Program-made: the position numbers and the translations under genes | The notes under the pieces: generated by a model | Databases searched by the model: none | What the model was told of the DNA's origin: nothing | What the model saw: only the letters and a program-made list of their open reading frames with translations | NCBI GenBank assembly: GCA_017881905.1 | Contig: JADGQI010000015.1 | Coordinates: 1-47,617 of the forward strand | Reading direction: 5' to 3' | Origin: Chloroflexota bacterium | GTDB lineage: Bacteria; Chloroflexota; Limnocylindria; Limnocylindrales; CSP1-4 | Length of the DNA stretch: 47,617 nucleotides | Shown here: positions 37,264-46,144 of the stretch, in pieces | How the letters are laid out: each line of letters opens with the position of its first letter | Numbering within the stretch: position 1 is the stretch's first letter

Positions 37264-38244
37264 ATGGGGACCGTACGAGACGTCAGGATCGCCAAGCGCA
37301 CGGGCTTCTGCTATGGCGTCCGTGAGGCGATCGACAAGGCCAAGGAATCGGCGGCCGCCGGGAAGGCCACGCATACCCTCGGCCAGGTCGTCCACAACGA
37401 AGGAGTGATCCGCGACCTCGAAGAGATCGGCGTCGAGACGGTCGAGACCCTCGACGACGTGGACCACGGGGCGGCGGTCGTCATCCGCGCGCACGGGGTC
37501 CGCCCGGAGGTCATGGAGCGGGCCGAGGCGCGCGGACTCGAAGTCATCGACGGGACGTGCACGTGGGTGATCCAGGAGCAGCGCGAGCTCGTCCGGCTGG
37601 TCGAGGAGGGCTACACCATCGTCCTGCTCGGGACGCCGAAGCACCCGGAGGTCGTCGGGCTGCTCGGCTTCGCCCCGGAGGCGATCGTCGTCGACGAGGA
37701 AGGCGACTGGGCCCTGATCCCACGGCGGAAGAAGATGGCGCTTATCTCCCAGAGCACCCAGCCACCATGGAAGTTCGAGAAGCTCGCCGGCTTCATGGTC
37801 TCGCGTAGCCACGAGCTCAAGATCGTCAACACGGTCTGCCCGGTCACCATCCGTCGCCAGGAGGACACCCTCGAGACGGCCCGTGAGGTGGACCTCATGG
37901 TTGTCGTCGGCGGTCGCTCGTCGGCCAACACCAAGGAGCTCACCCGGCTGTGCGAGATCGCCGGCACGCATGCGATCCAGATCGAGAGCGTGAGTGACCT
38001 CGAGGACGCGTCGGTCTTCGGGTCGGCGGCGATCGTCGGGGTGACCGGCGGCACCTCGACCCCGATCGAGGATCTCCAGGCCGTCGCGGAGCGGATCCTT
38101 CGACTGGCCGGGACCGACCAGGCGGCCGCGGACGCCCATGACCTGGCCACGGCGGCCTTGCTCGCGGCCGCCACCCCGGCGGGCCGCACCACCTCGCTTC
38201 CCGCCCGCGAGCCGGGTTCGACCTCGCCCGCCGGCGCCGCCTGA
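37264..38244 (+). CDS. ispH: 4-hydroxy-3-methylbut-2-enyl diphosphate reductase
   Basis: [10 protein letters not shown] (Cys1), [20 protein letters not shown] (Cys2), NTVCPVT (Cys3), [23 protein letters not shown]. Start at internal ATG 37264 of track ORF 36550..38244. Confidence 0.93.
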   Translation: MGTVRDVRIAKRTGFCYGVREAIDKAKESAAAGKATHTLGQVVHNEGVIRDLEEIGVETVETLDDVDHGAAVVIRAHGVRPEVMERAEARGLEVIDGTCTWVIQEQRELVRLVEEGYTIVLLGTPKHPEVVGLLGFAPEAIVVDEEGDWALIPRRKKMALISQSTQPPWKFEKLAGFMVSRSHELKIVNTVCPVTIRRQEDTLETAREVDLMVVVGGRSSANTKELTRLCEIAGTHAIQIESVSDLEDASVFGSAAIVGVTGGTSTPIEDLQAVAERILRLAGTDQAAADAHDLATAALLAAATPAGRTTSLPAREPGSTSPAGAA

Positions 38245-38252
38245 GCGCCGCG

Positions 38253-39911
38253 ATGAACGCCCTGCCGATCGTCGCCGTCGTCGGCCGTCCCAACGTCGGC
38301 AAGAGCACGCTGTTCAACCGGATCCTCGGGACCCGCCACGCGATCGTGGAAGACCGGGCACGGACGACCCGGGACCGACTCTACGGCGAGAGCGAGTGGA
38401 ACGGCCGTCGCTTCATCATCGTGGACACCGGCGGCCTCGAACAGGATCCGGACGATCCGATCGAGGCCCGCGTCCAGGAGCAGGCACGGCTGGCGATCGC
38501 CGAGGCCGACGTGATCGTGTTCGTGGTCGACGCGATGAGCGGGATCACCCCGCCGGACCTCGAGGCGGCCGAGCTCCTCCGGCGCGCGTCGTCGCCGGTC
38601 CTGGTCGCCGTCAACAAGGCGGACAACGACCGGCGCGAGCTCGAGGCGGCCGAGTTCTACTCGCTCGGCTGGGACGAGACGTACGCGATCAGCGCGGCGC
38701 ACGGGAGGGGCACGGGCGACCTGCTCGACGCGATCGTCTGGGCGCTGCCGCCCGAGACGGCCGAGGAGATCGCCCGGAAGACCCGCGAGGCGGAAGCGGA
38801 CGCCTGGGCGCGCGACGTCGCCGAGGGATTTCTCGAGCCCCAGGTGGTCGGCGACGAGCCGCTCGACGGAGATGCGGAGACCGAGGACGCGGGCGGCAGC
38901 GAGATCGACGGCGGGGACTTCGGCGCCGACCGGGCGCTCGATGCGGAGGCCCGCAAGTGGGATGCGGCGATCGCCGCCGAGTCGGAGGACACCCCGGTGG
39001 CCATCGCCATCGTCGGCCGTCCCAACGTCGGCAAGTCCAGCCTGCTCAATGCCCTCCTCGGCGAGGAGCGCTCGATCGTCAGCGACATCCCGGGAACGAC
39101 CCGGGACGCGATCGACACCACCCTCGCCTACGGTCGGACCGAGGTCGTCCTGATCGACACGGCCGGGATGCGTCGGCGCGGCAAGGTGGCCGGGGGCCTG
39201 GACTCGGAGAAGTACTCGGCTCTCCGGGCGTTGCGGGCCATCGCGCGGTGCGACGTGGCGATCCTTGTCCTCGACGCCGTCGACGGACTCACGGCCCAGG
39301 ACGCCCACGTCGCCGGCTACGTCGCCGAGGAGGGCAAGGGCCTCATCGTCGCGATCAACAAGTGGGACCTCCTCGCCGAGAAGACCGACCGGTCGTTCGA
39401 TGAGTACGTCCGGACGATCCGACGAGACGTGCCGTTCCTTGACTTCGCCCCGGTCGTCTCGATCAGCGCCAAGACCGGTCAACGGGTCGGCCGTGTCCTC
39501 GAGGCAGCCGTCGACGTGTGGGGGGAGCGTCGCAAGCGGATCTCGACCGGCGAGCTCAACCGCCTGCTGGTCGAGGCCGGTCGACGTCAGACCCCGCCCG
39601 TCGTCAAGAACAAACGCCCGAAGATCTTCTACGGCACCCAGGCCGGCGTCGCGCCACCCACGTTCGTGATCTTCGCCCGGGAGGCGGGGAGCGTCCATTT
39701 CAGCTACCGCCGTTACCTCGAGAACCAGCTGCGCGAGGCCTACGGCTTCGACGGCACGCCGATCCGACTCGTCTTCCGCGAGCGCAGTGCCGTCGAGCTG
39801 CCGCGCCGCCGGAAGTCCGGTGGAGCCGGGGCCAAGGCCAACACCAAGGGTGGCGTGAGCACCGGCAAGAAGACCGCTCGCCCCGTCGCGAAGGGGAGCC
39901 GTCGGGCGTGA
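38253..39911 (+). CDS. der: ribosome biogenesis GTPase Der (EngA), with a long acidic inter-GTPase linker and a basic tail
   Basis: Two G domains: [16 protein letters not shown] / DTGG / NKAD, and [16 protein letters not shown] / DTAG / NKWD. KH-like C-domain. K/R-rich C-terminal tail. Confidence 0.93.
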   Translation: MNALPIVAVVGRPNVGKSTLFNRILGTRHAIVEDRARTTRDRLYGESEWNGRRFIIVDTGGLEQDPDDPIEARVQEQARLAIAEADVIVFVVDAMSGITPPDLEAAELLRRASSPVLVAVNKADNDRRELEAAEFYSLGWDETYAISAAHGRGTGDLLDAIVWALPPETAEEIARKTREAEADAWARDVAEGFLEPQVVGDEPLDGDAETEDAGGSEIDGGDFGADRALDAEARKWDAAIAAESEDTPVAIAIVGRPNVGKSSLLNALLGEERSIVSDIPGTTRDAIDTTLAYGRTEVVLIDTAGMRRRGKVAGGLDSEKYSALRALRAIARCDVAILVLDAVDGLTAQDAHVAGYVAEEGKGLIVAINKWDLLAEKTDRSFDEYVRTIRRDVPFLDFAPVVSISAKTGQRVGRVLEAAVDVWGERRKRISTGELNRLLVEAGRRQTPPVVKNKRPKIFYGTQAGVAPPTFVIFAREAGSVHFSYRRYLENQLREAYGFDGTPIRLVFRERSAVELPRRRKSGGAGAKANTKGGVSTGKKTARPVAKGSRRA

Positions 39912-40948
39912 CCGCGGGACCGCCGGTCGCGGTCGTCGGGAGCGGAGCCTGGGGCACGACGCTCGCCATCCTGCTCGCCAGGCGCGAGCCGACGCTACTC
40001 ATCGCACGCTCCGACGAGGCCGCCGCCCGACTGTCGGCCGACCGGGCGAACATCCGACGCCTACCCGGTGTCCCGTTCCCACCGTGGCTGACGGTTTCGG
40101 CGGACGCGGCGCTGCTCGGGGCGGCGGAACTGGTCGTATTCGCGGTCCCGTCCGGTCATCTTCGAGCCGAGGTCATGCGCGTCGCCCCGTCCGTGTCGCC
40201 GACCGCCGACCTCGTCTCGGTGGTCAAGGGCCTCGAATCGGAGACCCTCCTGCGGATGAGCCAGGTCGTCGCTGACGCCGGCGCCTTCGATCCGTCGCGG
40301 ATCGCCGCACTGTCCGGCCCGAACCTGGCGCTCGAGATCGCGCGCGGGCTGCCGGCGTCGGCGGTCGTCGCGGCGGAGGATCCCGCGCTCGCCGCCCGCG
40401 TCCAGGCCCGACTCCGCCGGCGCCGGTTCCGGCTCTATGTCAACGAGGACATCGTCGGCGTCGAGTTGTGCGGCGCGCTCAAGAACGTGATCGCCATCGC
40501 AGCCGGGGCGGCCGAGGAGCTTGGCTTCGGCGACAACGGCAAGGCCGGGTTGATGACGCGCGGTCTGGCCGAGATGACCCGGCTCGGGATCGCCGCGGGT
40601 GCGAATCCGCTCACGTTCGCCGGCCTGGCGGGGATCGGTGACGTCATCGCGACGTGCGGCTCCCCGCTGTCGCGCAACCACCGGCTCGGCGTGGAGCTCG
40701 CCCGGGGCCGCAGATGGACGGAGATCGAAGCGAGTCTGCCGGGCGTCGCCGAGGGGGCGTACACCGTCGATGCCGCGATCGCGTTGGCCGATCGCCTGGG
40801 CGTCGAGATGCCGATCGCGCGCGAGGTCCACCGCGCGCTGTTCGAGGGCAAGAGCGCGAAGCGATGCCTGGTCGACCTGCTCGCCCGCGAATCGACCGAT
40901 GAGCTCGCCGACTACCGGACCTGGATGGCCACGCTCGAACGGTCCTGA
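39908..40948 (+). CDS. gpsA: NAD(P)H-dependent glycerol-3-phosphate dehydrogenase
   Basis: [14 protein letters not shown] (Rossmann), [34 protein letters not shown]-like [20 protein letters not shown] overlap with der. Confidence 0.92.
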   Translation: MTAGPPVAVVGSGAWGTTLAILLARREPTLLIARSDEAAARLSADRANIRRLPGVPFPPWLTVSADAALLGAAELVVFAVPSGHLRAEVMRVAPSVSPTADLVSVVKGLESETLLRMSQVVADAGAFDPSRIAALSGPNLALEIARGLPASAVVAAEDPALAARVQARLRRRRFRLYVNEDIVGVELCGALKNVIAIAAGAAEELGFGDNGKAGLMTRGLAEMTRLGIAAGANPLTFAGLAGIGDVIATCGSPLSRNHRLGVELARGRRWTEIEASLPGVAEGAYTVDAAIALADRLGVEMPIAREVHRALFEGKSAKRCLVDLLARESTDELADYRTWMATLERS

Positions 40949-40961
40949 GCCGTCCGTCTGC

Positions 40962-40967
40962 TAGACT
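40962..40967 (+). promoter_or_regulatory. -10-like box TAGACT, 11 nt upstream of the tRNA-Pro 5' end
   Basis: TAGACTcgccctctcgtCGGGGCG... Confidence 0.45.
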
Positions 40968-40978
40968 CGCCCTCTCGT

Positions 40979-41055
40979 CGGGGCGTGGCGCAGTCTGGTA
41001 GCGCACCAGTCTGGGGGACTGGTGGTCGTCGGTTCAAATCCGGCCGCCCCGACCA
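40979..41055 (+). tRNA. tRNA-Pro (anticodon GGG), CCA encoded
   Basis: Cloverleaf folded by hand. Acceptor CGGGGCG/CGCCCCG, D stem GCGC/GCGC, anticodon stem CCAGT/ACTGG, loop CTGGGGG (G37), T arm GTCGG-TTCAAAT-CCGGC, discriminator A, then CCA. Confidence 0.9.
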
Positions 41056-41060
41056 TTTCC

Positions 41061-41075
41061 TGAGGCTCAGCCTCA
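41061..41075. terminator. short hairpin TGAGGC-tca-GCCTCA just after the tRNA
   Basis: 6-bp stem, 3-nt loop, flanked by TTTCC upstream. A weak terminator candidate. Confidence 0.3.
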
Positions 41076-41085
41076 TCCTGACGTC

Positions 41086-41140
41086 CCCAGCCGCGGCTGT
41101 GCCGCGGTCGCATCGGGCCGCGGTCAGTGCCGCGGCTGGG
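41086..41140. repeat. 12-bp inverted repeat CCCAGCCGCGGC / GCCGCGGCTGGG enclosing two more CCGCGG palindromes (4 copies in 55 nt)
   Basis: cagCCGCGGctgtgCCGCGGtcgcatcggGCCGCGGtcagtgCCGCGGctggg. The right arm overlaps the CDF gene stop (41124-41126). Possible terminator structure for the CDF gene. Confidence 0.6.
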
Positions 41141-42026
41141 CCGAGGCAGCCTCCCATCTGACGTGGTCAGGCGTCTCCAGCTGGAAGGTCGAGTGGCTGA
41201 TGTCGAAGTCATCGGTCAGGCAACGGCCGAGCTCGTCGAGGACTTCGCCCGGCTGACCGTCCGGGGTCAGCACGACGTGGGCGGACACGACATTCATGCC
41301 GCTCGTGATCGTCCAGGCGTGGAGGTCATGGACGTCGGCCACGCCCGTAGCCTCGAGGATGTGCCTCCGCACGTGGTCGAGGTCGACGCCCTTCGGGGTG
41401 GCCTCGAGGAGGATGTCGATGCTGTCGCGCAGGAGCGTCAGCGCGCGCGGGACGATCAGGATCCCGATGACGATCGATGCGACGGCATCCGCCTGCGCCC
41501 AGCCGGTCGCGAAGATGACGACACCGGCGACCAGGACGGCAACTGCCCCGAGGAGGTCACCGGCGACCTCGAGATAGGCAGCCCGCACGTTCAGGCTCTT
41601 GTGCCGCCCTTCGGCCAGGAGGCGCAGGGAGACGAGGTTGCCCACCAGGGCGAGCGCGGCCACGACGATGACGATGCCGGACTCGATGTCGGGCGGGGTC
41701 AGGAACCGACGGAAGCCTTCGAGGACCACGACGATCGCGATCCCGAGGAGGAGGATGGCGTTGGCCGTCGCGGCCACGATCTCAAGGCGGTACAACCCGA
41801 ACGTACGAGCTGACGTCCGTGGCCGCGCGGCGACCCAGATGGCAGCCAGCGAGAGTGCCATCCCTGAGACGTCGGCGAAGATGTGGCCGGCGTCGGCGAG
41901 AAGGGCCAGCGAGTTGCTGGCGATCCCGGCGACGACCTCGATCACGAAGATCCCTGCGCCGATTGCCATCGCGGCCGCGATCCGCCGCCATCGCTGCCCT
42001 GCGGCGCTCGCCGAATGGTGCTCCAT
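41124..42026 (-). CDS. cation diffusion facilitator (CDF) family metal efflux transporter
   Basis: SNSLALLADAGHIFADV, LEVAGDLLGAVAVL, six TM segments, C-terminal VHDLHAWTITSG...HSTFQLE cytoplasmic domain. Confidence 0.9.
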   Translation of the reverse strand: MEHHSASAAGQRWRRIAAAMAIGAGIFVIEVVAGIASNSLALLADAGHIFADVSGMALSLAAIWVAARPRTSARTFGLYRLEIVAATANAILLLGIAIVVVLEGFRRFLTPPDIESGIVIVVAALALVGNLVSLRLLAEGRHKSLNVRAAYLEVAGDLLGAVAVLVAGVVIFATGWAQADAVASIVIGILIVPRALTLLRDSIDILLEATPKGVDLDHVRRHILEATGVADVHDLHAWTITSGMNVVSAHVVLTPDGQPGEVLDELGRCLTDDFDISHSTFQLETPDHVRWEAASAQPRH

Positions 42027-42033
42027 CGGGCGG

Positions 42034-42039
42034 AGCCTA
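42034..42039 (-). promoter_or_regulatory. -10-like box TAGGCT, 7 nt upstream of the CDF ATG (leaderless candidate)
   Basis: Minus strand reads TAGGCTccgcccgATG. Spacer and start are identical to the dxs arrangement TAGACTccgcccgATG. Confidence 0.5.
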
Positions 42040-42109
42040 GCGCGTTTCTCATGCGCACCGCGGATGGTGGTCGCGGCATCTCAGTGGTCGCTGTGGATGG
42101 TGGTCGGAT

Positions 42110-42310
42110 GGTCAGCGCATACCCGAAGGCAAACGCGAGGAGGATCGCGAGCAGGACGGATGGCAGGTCATGCCAACCGAGCGCGGTCGAGATGACCAGC
42201 CCGAGGATCTCGCCGATGGCGCAGCCTGTCAGGCAATGCGTCGTCGCCTGGAAGGCGAGGCGGTTGGTCGATCGAGCCGAGGTCTCCGTGGCTTGACCGT
42301 ACGGACGGCG
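42110..42310 (-). pseudogene. DUF4396-like membrane protein remnant (no start codon, upstream in-frame TGA, C-terminal half missing)
   Basis: Minus-strand frame reads ...LAFQATTHCLTGCAIGEILGLVISTALGWHDLPSVLLAILLAFAFGYALT, matching my recollection of the DUF4396 core (ATLHCLTGCAIGEV...FGYALT). In-frame TGA at 42311-42313. Only about 80 nt remain before the CDF gene start. Confidence 0.55.
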
Positions 42311-42461
42311 TCAGACCGACGATGCCGGGTCGACTCGTGCTCTGCGAACCGAGGGCAGCGGCGAGTCGAGGGTCCCGGCCGAGAGCGAGTCTCTTGGCAC
42401 TGTCCAGGACCTCGTCGGACCTCCAGTATCCGAACGAACGATGAAGGAGGTCAGGCTGACG

Positions 42462-42698
42462 ATGATGGACCGCTGGGACATGATGGATGGGTTCAACGGG
42501 ACCGGCTCGCTGTGGATGTTCCTGGCCGTCGTGCTGATCGGTGTGGTCGTCGTGATCAGCGTCTGGTTGATCGTCCGCTCGAACCACGCCGGGTCACCAC
42601 CGGCTTCCACCGCGATGGACATCCTCCGCGAGCGTTTCGCGCGTGGCGAGATCACCCAGGAGGAGTTCGAGGCGGCCAGGAAGGCCCTCGGCGGATAG
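42462..42698 (+). CDS. small membrane protein with a C-terminal SHOCT domain
   Basis: TM LWMFLAVVLIGVVVVISVWLIV, then DILRERFARGEITQEEFEAARKAL. AAGGAGG SD at 42444-42450 favours ATG 42462 over the track start 42441. Confidence 0.8.
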   Translation: MMDRWDMMDGFNGTGSLWMFLAVVLIGVVVVISVWLIVRSNHAGSPPASTAMDILRERFARGEITQEEFEAARKALGG

Positions 42699-42897
42699 GG
42701 CGGGCGCTCCATCGGCCTCAGCGCGGCGCGATCGAGACCTGCCACGCCGCGTGTACGTCGCCACGATGACGGCAGCGACGACGGACCGGGAGGTTCGGAG
42801 CAGCCGACCGCGATCAGGCTCAGTACGAACGCTGGGATCACGGCGGTGATCCGCATCCGCAGAGCCTCTCAGACGCGTGTGCCGTCGGTGTCTCCCG

Positions 42898-43461
42898 TCA
42901 GTCGTGGCCGGTCGCTCCCTGCGGCCAGATCCTCGCGGCGACGAGCGCGGCAAGCCCGAGCGCCAGGAGCGTGACGACCCATCCGACGCCGACGAGCAGG
43001 CCGAGCGACGCGACGCGCTCCTCCACGACCCGGAGCGACCTACCCGCGAGGACCGCGCCGCCCCTCCACGGAACGGTGACGGTGGCGACCCGCAGGCCTT
43101 GGCGTGGCTGCCACGTGACCGCATCCCGGCCGGTGGCTCGCGCGCTGTCGAGGACACCACGTGGGACTCGCGGTGCACCGCCGTCCAGCGCACCATCGGT
43201 CGCGAGGACCGCGCCCGCCGGGTCGTAGACGACGACGAACGGCGTCAGGCTGCGGGCGATGTCCACGGTCGTCGCACCGACGACGGTCAGCGGAGCGGCA
43301 CCGCTGTCGAGCTTCGCGGCGGCGTCCTCGACCATCTGCTGCTGGGGGTCGTTGGCGCCCGTCCTGAGGTCCTGCTGACCGACGACATACACGAGCCCGC
43401 ACAGCGCGGTCGCCAGGACGGCGCTGGGGAGGAAGATCGCGAGCGCGCGCTGGAGCCGCAT
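42898..43461 (-). CDS. hypothetical membrane protein (N- and C-terminal TM helices, about 130-aa outside domain)
   Basis: [27 protein letters not shown] ... [24 protein letters not shown]. High GC3. 39 nt downstream of the C39-like gene. Confidence 0.6.
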   Translation of the reverse strand: MRLQRALAIFLPSAVLATALCGLVYVVGQQDLRTGANDPQQQMVEDAAAKLDSGAAPLTVVGATTVDIARSLTPFVVVYDPAGAVLATDGALDGGAPRVPRGVLDSARATGRDAVTWQPRQGLRVATVTVPWRGGAVLAGRSLRVVEERVASLGLLVGVGWVVTLLALGLAALVAARIWPQGATGHD

Positions 43462-43500
43462 CGGTCAGGTGACGGGTCCCGGCTCGCGGCTGTTACGGGG

Positions 43501-44532
43501 TCAGGCGCTGGGGGAGGGGGTCGGCGTCGACTCGACGGCTGGGCTGTCGGTCGGTGTGGGTGTCGGGATCGAGCTCGGCGTCTGCGTCGGTGCGGGGGTC
43601 GGCGTGGGAGAAGGGGTCGACGTGGGTGCTGGGGTCGCGGCGGGAGTCGGTGTCGGGACGGGTGTCGGCGTCGGCGTCGACGTGGTCGTGACGCCGCCCT
43701 TCGGTTCCCACGCGCCTGTGGGGATGGCCGCGCCATCGAGGAGCGGGACGATGGCCACGAACAGGCCCTCGATCCGATCGTCCCGCCGGGCATCGTGGTA
43801 CGCGGTGTAGTTCCGGGCGAGCGTGCCGATGTACAGGCGCGTTCCCGGTCGGTAGATCCGGTACCGGTTCACCCGGTAGTAGGGCCACAGCGGATCCGCG
43901 ATCCGGACGGTCACGACCCGGAAGTCGTCGGTCTGCGTGGGGTCGGCGGTCGCCTCGAAGCCGGTCAGGACCCAGGCGTGCGCCCCATGCCAGACGACGA
44001 TGCCGGCCGGGCGCCCCGTGGTCGCCATGCCCTTGGCAGCCGCCTTGACCGCACCGGCCATCGTCGGTGCTGCGATCAGGACGTACCGCCCCTGCCCGGC
44101 GAGCGACGTCGCGGTCGCCCAGCCATACGGGTCGGCCCCGCCGTCGGCGGTATAGCGGCTATTGGCCCGAGCGATCCGCCACAGTCGCCGTTGCAGGTTG
44201 GGGCCACGGTTGTTGTAGCTCCAGATCATGTTCCGCATCGTCTGGAGGGAGGCACCGACGCACTGGAACCGGGTGTACTGCCGGGTGAAGTCGCCGGCGT
44301 GGAGGAGCGACGTCCGATAGGCGATCACGATCGGCGACGGACTGGGGGTCGGGGTCGGGGTGGCGGTCGGGGTCGGGGTGGCGTTCGGATCGCCCCCATC
44401 GGTCGGGGTCGGGTCGGCACCGGCCACGCCTGCGGCCAGCGGCCCACCGAGAAGCGCAGCGGCGAGCACGGCGGCCCAACCGATCGCCAGTAGACTAGCG
44501 CGTCGTTCGCGCGGGGTGGGCGCCGCGATCAT
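43501..44532 (-). CDS. secreted papain-fold (C39-like) cysteine peptidase domain protein flanked by Thr/Pro-rich linkers
   Basis: Signal-like [30 protein letters not shown]. Candidate Cys in [15 protein letters not shown] and His in [18 protein letters not shown]-rich low-complexity regions at both ends. Start set at ATG 44532 (TATGGT 7 nt upstream). Confidence 0.55.
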   Translation of the reverse strand: MIAAPTPRERRASLLAIGWAAVLAAALLGGPLAAGVAGADPTPTDGGDPNATPTPTATPTPTPSPSPIVIAYRTSLLHAGDFTRQYTRFQCVGASLQTMRNMIWSYNNRGPNLQRRLWRIARANSRYTADGGADPYGWATATSLAGQGRYVLIAAPTMAGAVKAAAKGMATTGRPAGIVVWHGAHAWVLTGFEATADPTQTDDFRVVTVRIADPLWPYYRVNRYRIYRPGTRLYIGTLARNYTAYHDARRDDRIEGLFVAIVPLLDGAAIPTGAWEPKGGVTTTSTPTPTPVPTPTPAATPAPTSTPSPTPTPAPTQTPSSIPTPTPTDSPAVESTPTPSPSA

Positions 44533-44539
44533 GTGTCCC

Positions 44540-44545
44540 ACCATA
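44540..44545 (-). promoter_or_regulatory. -10-like box TATGGT, 7 nt upstream of ATG 44532 (leaderless candidate)
   Basis: Minus strand reads TATGGTgggacacATG. Confidence 0.4.
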
Positions 44546-44610
44546 GCCGACGCGGGAGGCCGCCCCGTATCGCCCGTTCGTCCCACACACGGCCCGCCGT
44601 CCCACCTATG

Positions 44611-44616
44611 TAGACT
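44611..44616 (+). promoter_or_regulatory. -10-like box TAGACT, 7 nt upstream of the decarboxylase ATG (leaderless candidate)
   Basis: TAGACTcgggcggATG. Confidence 0.5.
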
Positions 44617-44623
44617 CGGGCGG

Positions 44624-46135
44624 ATGAGCACGGACCTCGACCCCGAGCAGGTGTCCGGCGCGCTCGACATGGAACCGGAGGCGTTCCGCGCGGCCGCCCA
44701 TGCGGTGGTCGACGTGATGGCCGACTACCTGGCGGGCGTCGAGGCCTACCCGGTCCTTCCGCCGGTCGAGCCGGGGTCGCTCCGCCCGCGGTTCCCGGCC
44801 GCCCCACCGGACGCGCCGGAAGCGATCGCGTTGATCCTGGCCGACTACCGGACGCTCGTCGAGCCGAACGCGACGCACTGGCAGCATCCGGGGTTCATGG
44901 CCTATTTCGCGACGACGGCCTCCGGACCGGGCATCCTGGGCGAGATGCTGACCGCCGCGCTCGGCCAGAACCCGATGCTCTGGCGGACGTCGCCCGTCGG
45001 GACGGAGCTGGAGGGCGTCGTCGTCGACTGGCTGCGACAGGCGCTCGGCCTGCCGGACGGTTTCGACGGGCTCCTGACGGACACGGCGTCGACCTCGACG
45101 CTCATCGCGCTCGCGGCGGCTCGCGAGGCGGGCGGTGCCGACGTCGCCGCCCGGGGACTCAGCGGTCGGGGCGAGCTCGGTCCGGGTCTCCGGGTGTACG
45201 CCTCGGCCGAGGCGCACTCGTCCGTCGAGCGGGCCTGCATGACGCTGGGCCTCGGCCGGATCGGCCTGCGGCGGATCCCGACCGACGAGCAGTACCGGAT
45301 GCAGGTCGATGCACTGGAGGCCGCGATCGCGGAGGACCGGGCGGCCGGGCTGTGGCCGATCGCGGTGGTCGCCACCGCCGGGACGACGAGCTCGACCTCG
45401 GTCGACCCCGTGTCGGCCATCGCGGAGGTCGCCGAGCGAGCTGGCCTGTGGCTGCACGTCGATGCGGCCTACGCGGGCGCGGTCGCGCTGCTGCCCGATC
45501 GGCGGGGGCCGTTCGCCGGCTGGGAGCGGGCCGACTCCCTCGTCGTCAATCCGCACAAGTGGCTGTATACGCCGCTCGACGCATCGCTCCTGCTCAGTCG
45601 ACGGATGGAGGCGATCCGATCGGCATTCAGCCTCGTGCCGGAGTACCTGCGGACGCTCGATCGGATCGGTCCGGTCCGGGATTACAACGAGTATCAGCCG
45701 CAGCTCGGTCGCCGGTTCCGGGCGCTCAAGCTGTGGTTCCTGATCCGATGGTTCGGGCTCGACGGCCTGCGCCGACGGATCTCGCGACACCTCGAGCTCG
45801 CCGCTGGGTTCGCCGAGATGGTGGATGCCGACCCGGACTGGGAGCGCCTGGCACCGGTCCCGTTCTCGACGGTCTGCTTCCGGTGGCGTCCGGCGAGGCT
45901 CGCGGGCCGGACGGACGAGCTGTCCGTCCGGGCCTTCCTCGACGACCGCAACGCCGAGATCATCGACGCCGTGAATCGCTCGGGCGACGTGTTCCTGTCG
46001 CATACCCGGCTGGCCGATCGGTTCACGATCCGGCTGTCCGTGGGCAACCTGCGCACCGAGGCTCGGCATGTCGACCGGGCGTGGGACCTGCTGCGGCAGG
46101 AGGCCCGCCGCCTCGACGGTCGTCCCGACGGCTAG
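44624..46135 (+). CDS. pyridoxal-dependent (group II, aromatic/other amino-acid) decarboxylase
   Basis: HWQHPGFMAYFATTASGPGILGEML, TDTASTSTLIAL, LHVDAAYAG, VVNPHKWLYTPLDAS (PLP lysine). Start at internal ATG 44624 of track ORF 44360..46135. Confidence 0.88.
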   Translation: MSTDLDPEQVSGALDMEPEAFRAAAHAVVDVMADYLAGVEAYPVLPPVEPGSLRPRFPAAPPDAPEAIALILADYRTLVEPNATHWQHPGFMAYFATTASGPGILGEMLTAALGQNPMLWRTSPVGTELEGVVVDWLRQALGLPDGFDGLLTDTASTSTLIALAAAREAGGADVAARGLSGRGELGPGLRVYASAEAHSSVERACMTLGLGRIGLRRIPTDEQYRMQVDALEAAIAEDRAAGLWPIAVVATAGTTSSTSVDPVSAIAEVAERAGLWLHVDAAYAGAVALLPDRRGPFAGWERADSLVVNPHKWLYTPLDASLLLSRRMEAIRSAFSLVPEYLRTLDRIGPVRDYNEYQPQLGRRFRALKLWFLIRWFGLDGLRRRISRHLELAAGFAEMVDADPDWERLAPVPFSTVCFRWRPARLAGRTDELSVRAFLDDRNAEIIDAVNRSGDVFLSHTRLADRFTIRLSVGNLRTEARHVDRAWDLLRQEARRLDGRPDG

Positions 46136-46138
46136 CAT
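46133..46138 (+). promoter_or_regulatory. -10-like box TAGCAT, 6 nt upstream of ATG 46145; overlaps the decarboxylase TAG stop
   Basis: TAGCATggggacATG. Confidence 0.4.
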
Positions 46139-46144
46139 GGGGAC

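Noticed and set aside
42311-42856. 181-aa minus-strand ORF beginning with a convincing lipoprotein signal (MRITAVIPAFVLSLIAVGC)
   Set aside because: Most of it is antisense to the SHOCT gene, which has a clear domain and SD. After the lipobox the sequence is low-complexity. At most the first 50 codons or so (42700-42856) are a stranded gene fragment, and this is mentioned under the tRNA-boundary finding.
43501-43700. Short GGTGTCGG / GGTCGGGG reiterations (also 44340-44400, 16290-16680, 36415-36486) as possible CRISPR or satellite arrays
   Set aside because: They lie inside ORFs and encode Thr/Pro- or Pro/Ala-rich linkers. They lack regular repeat-spacer architecture.
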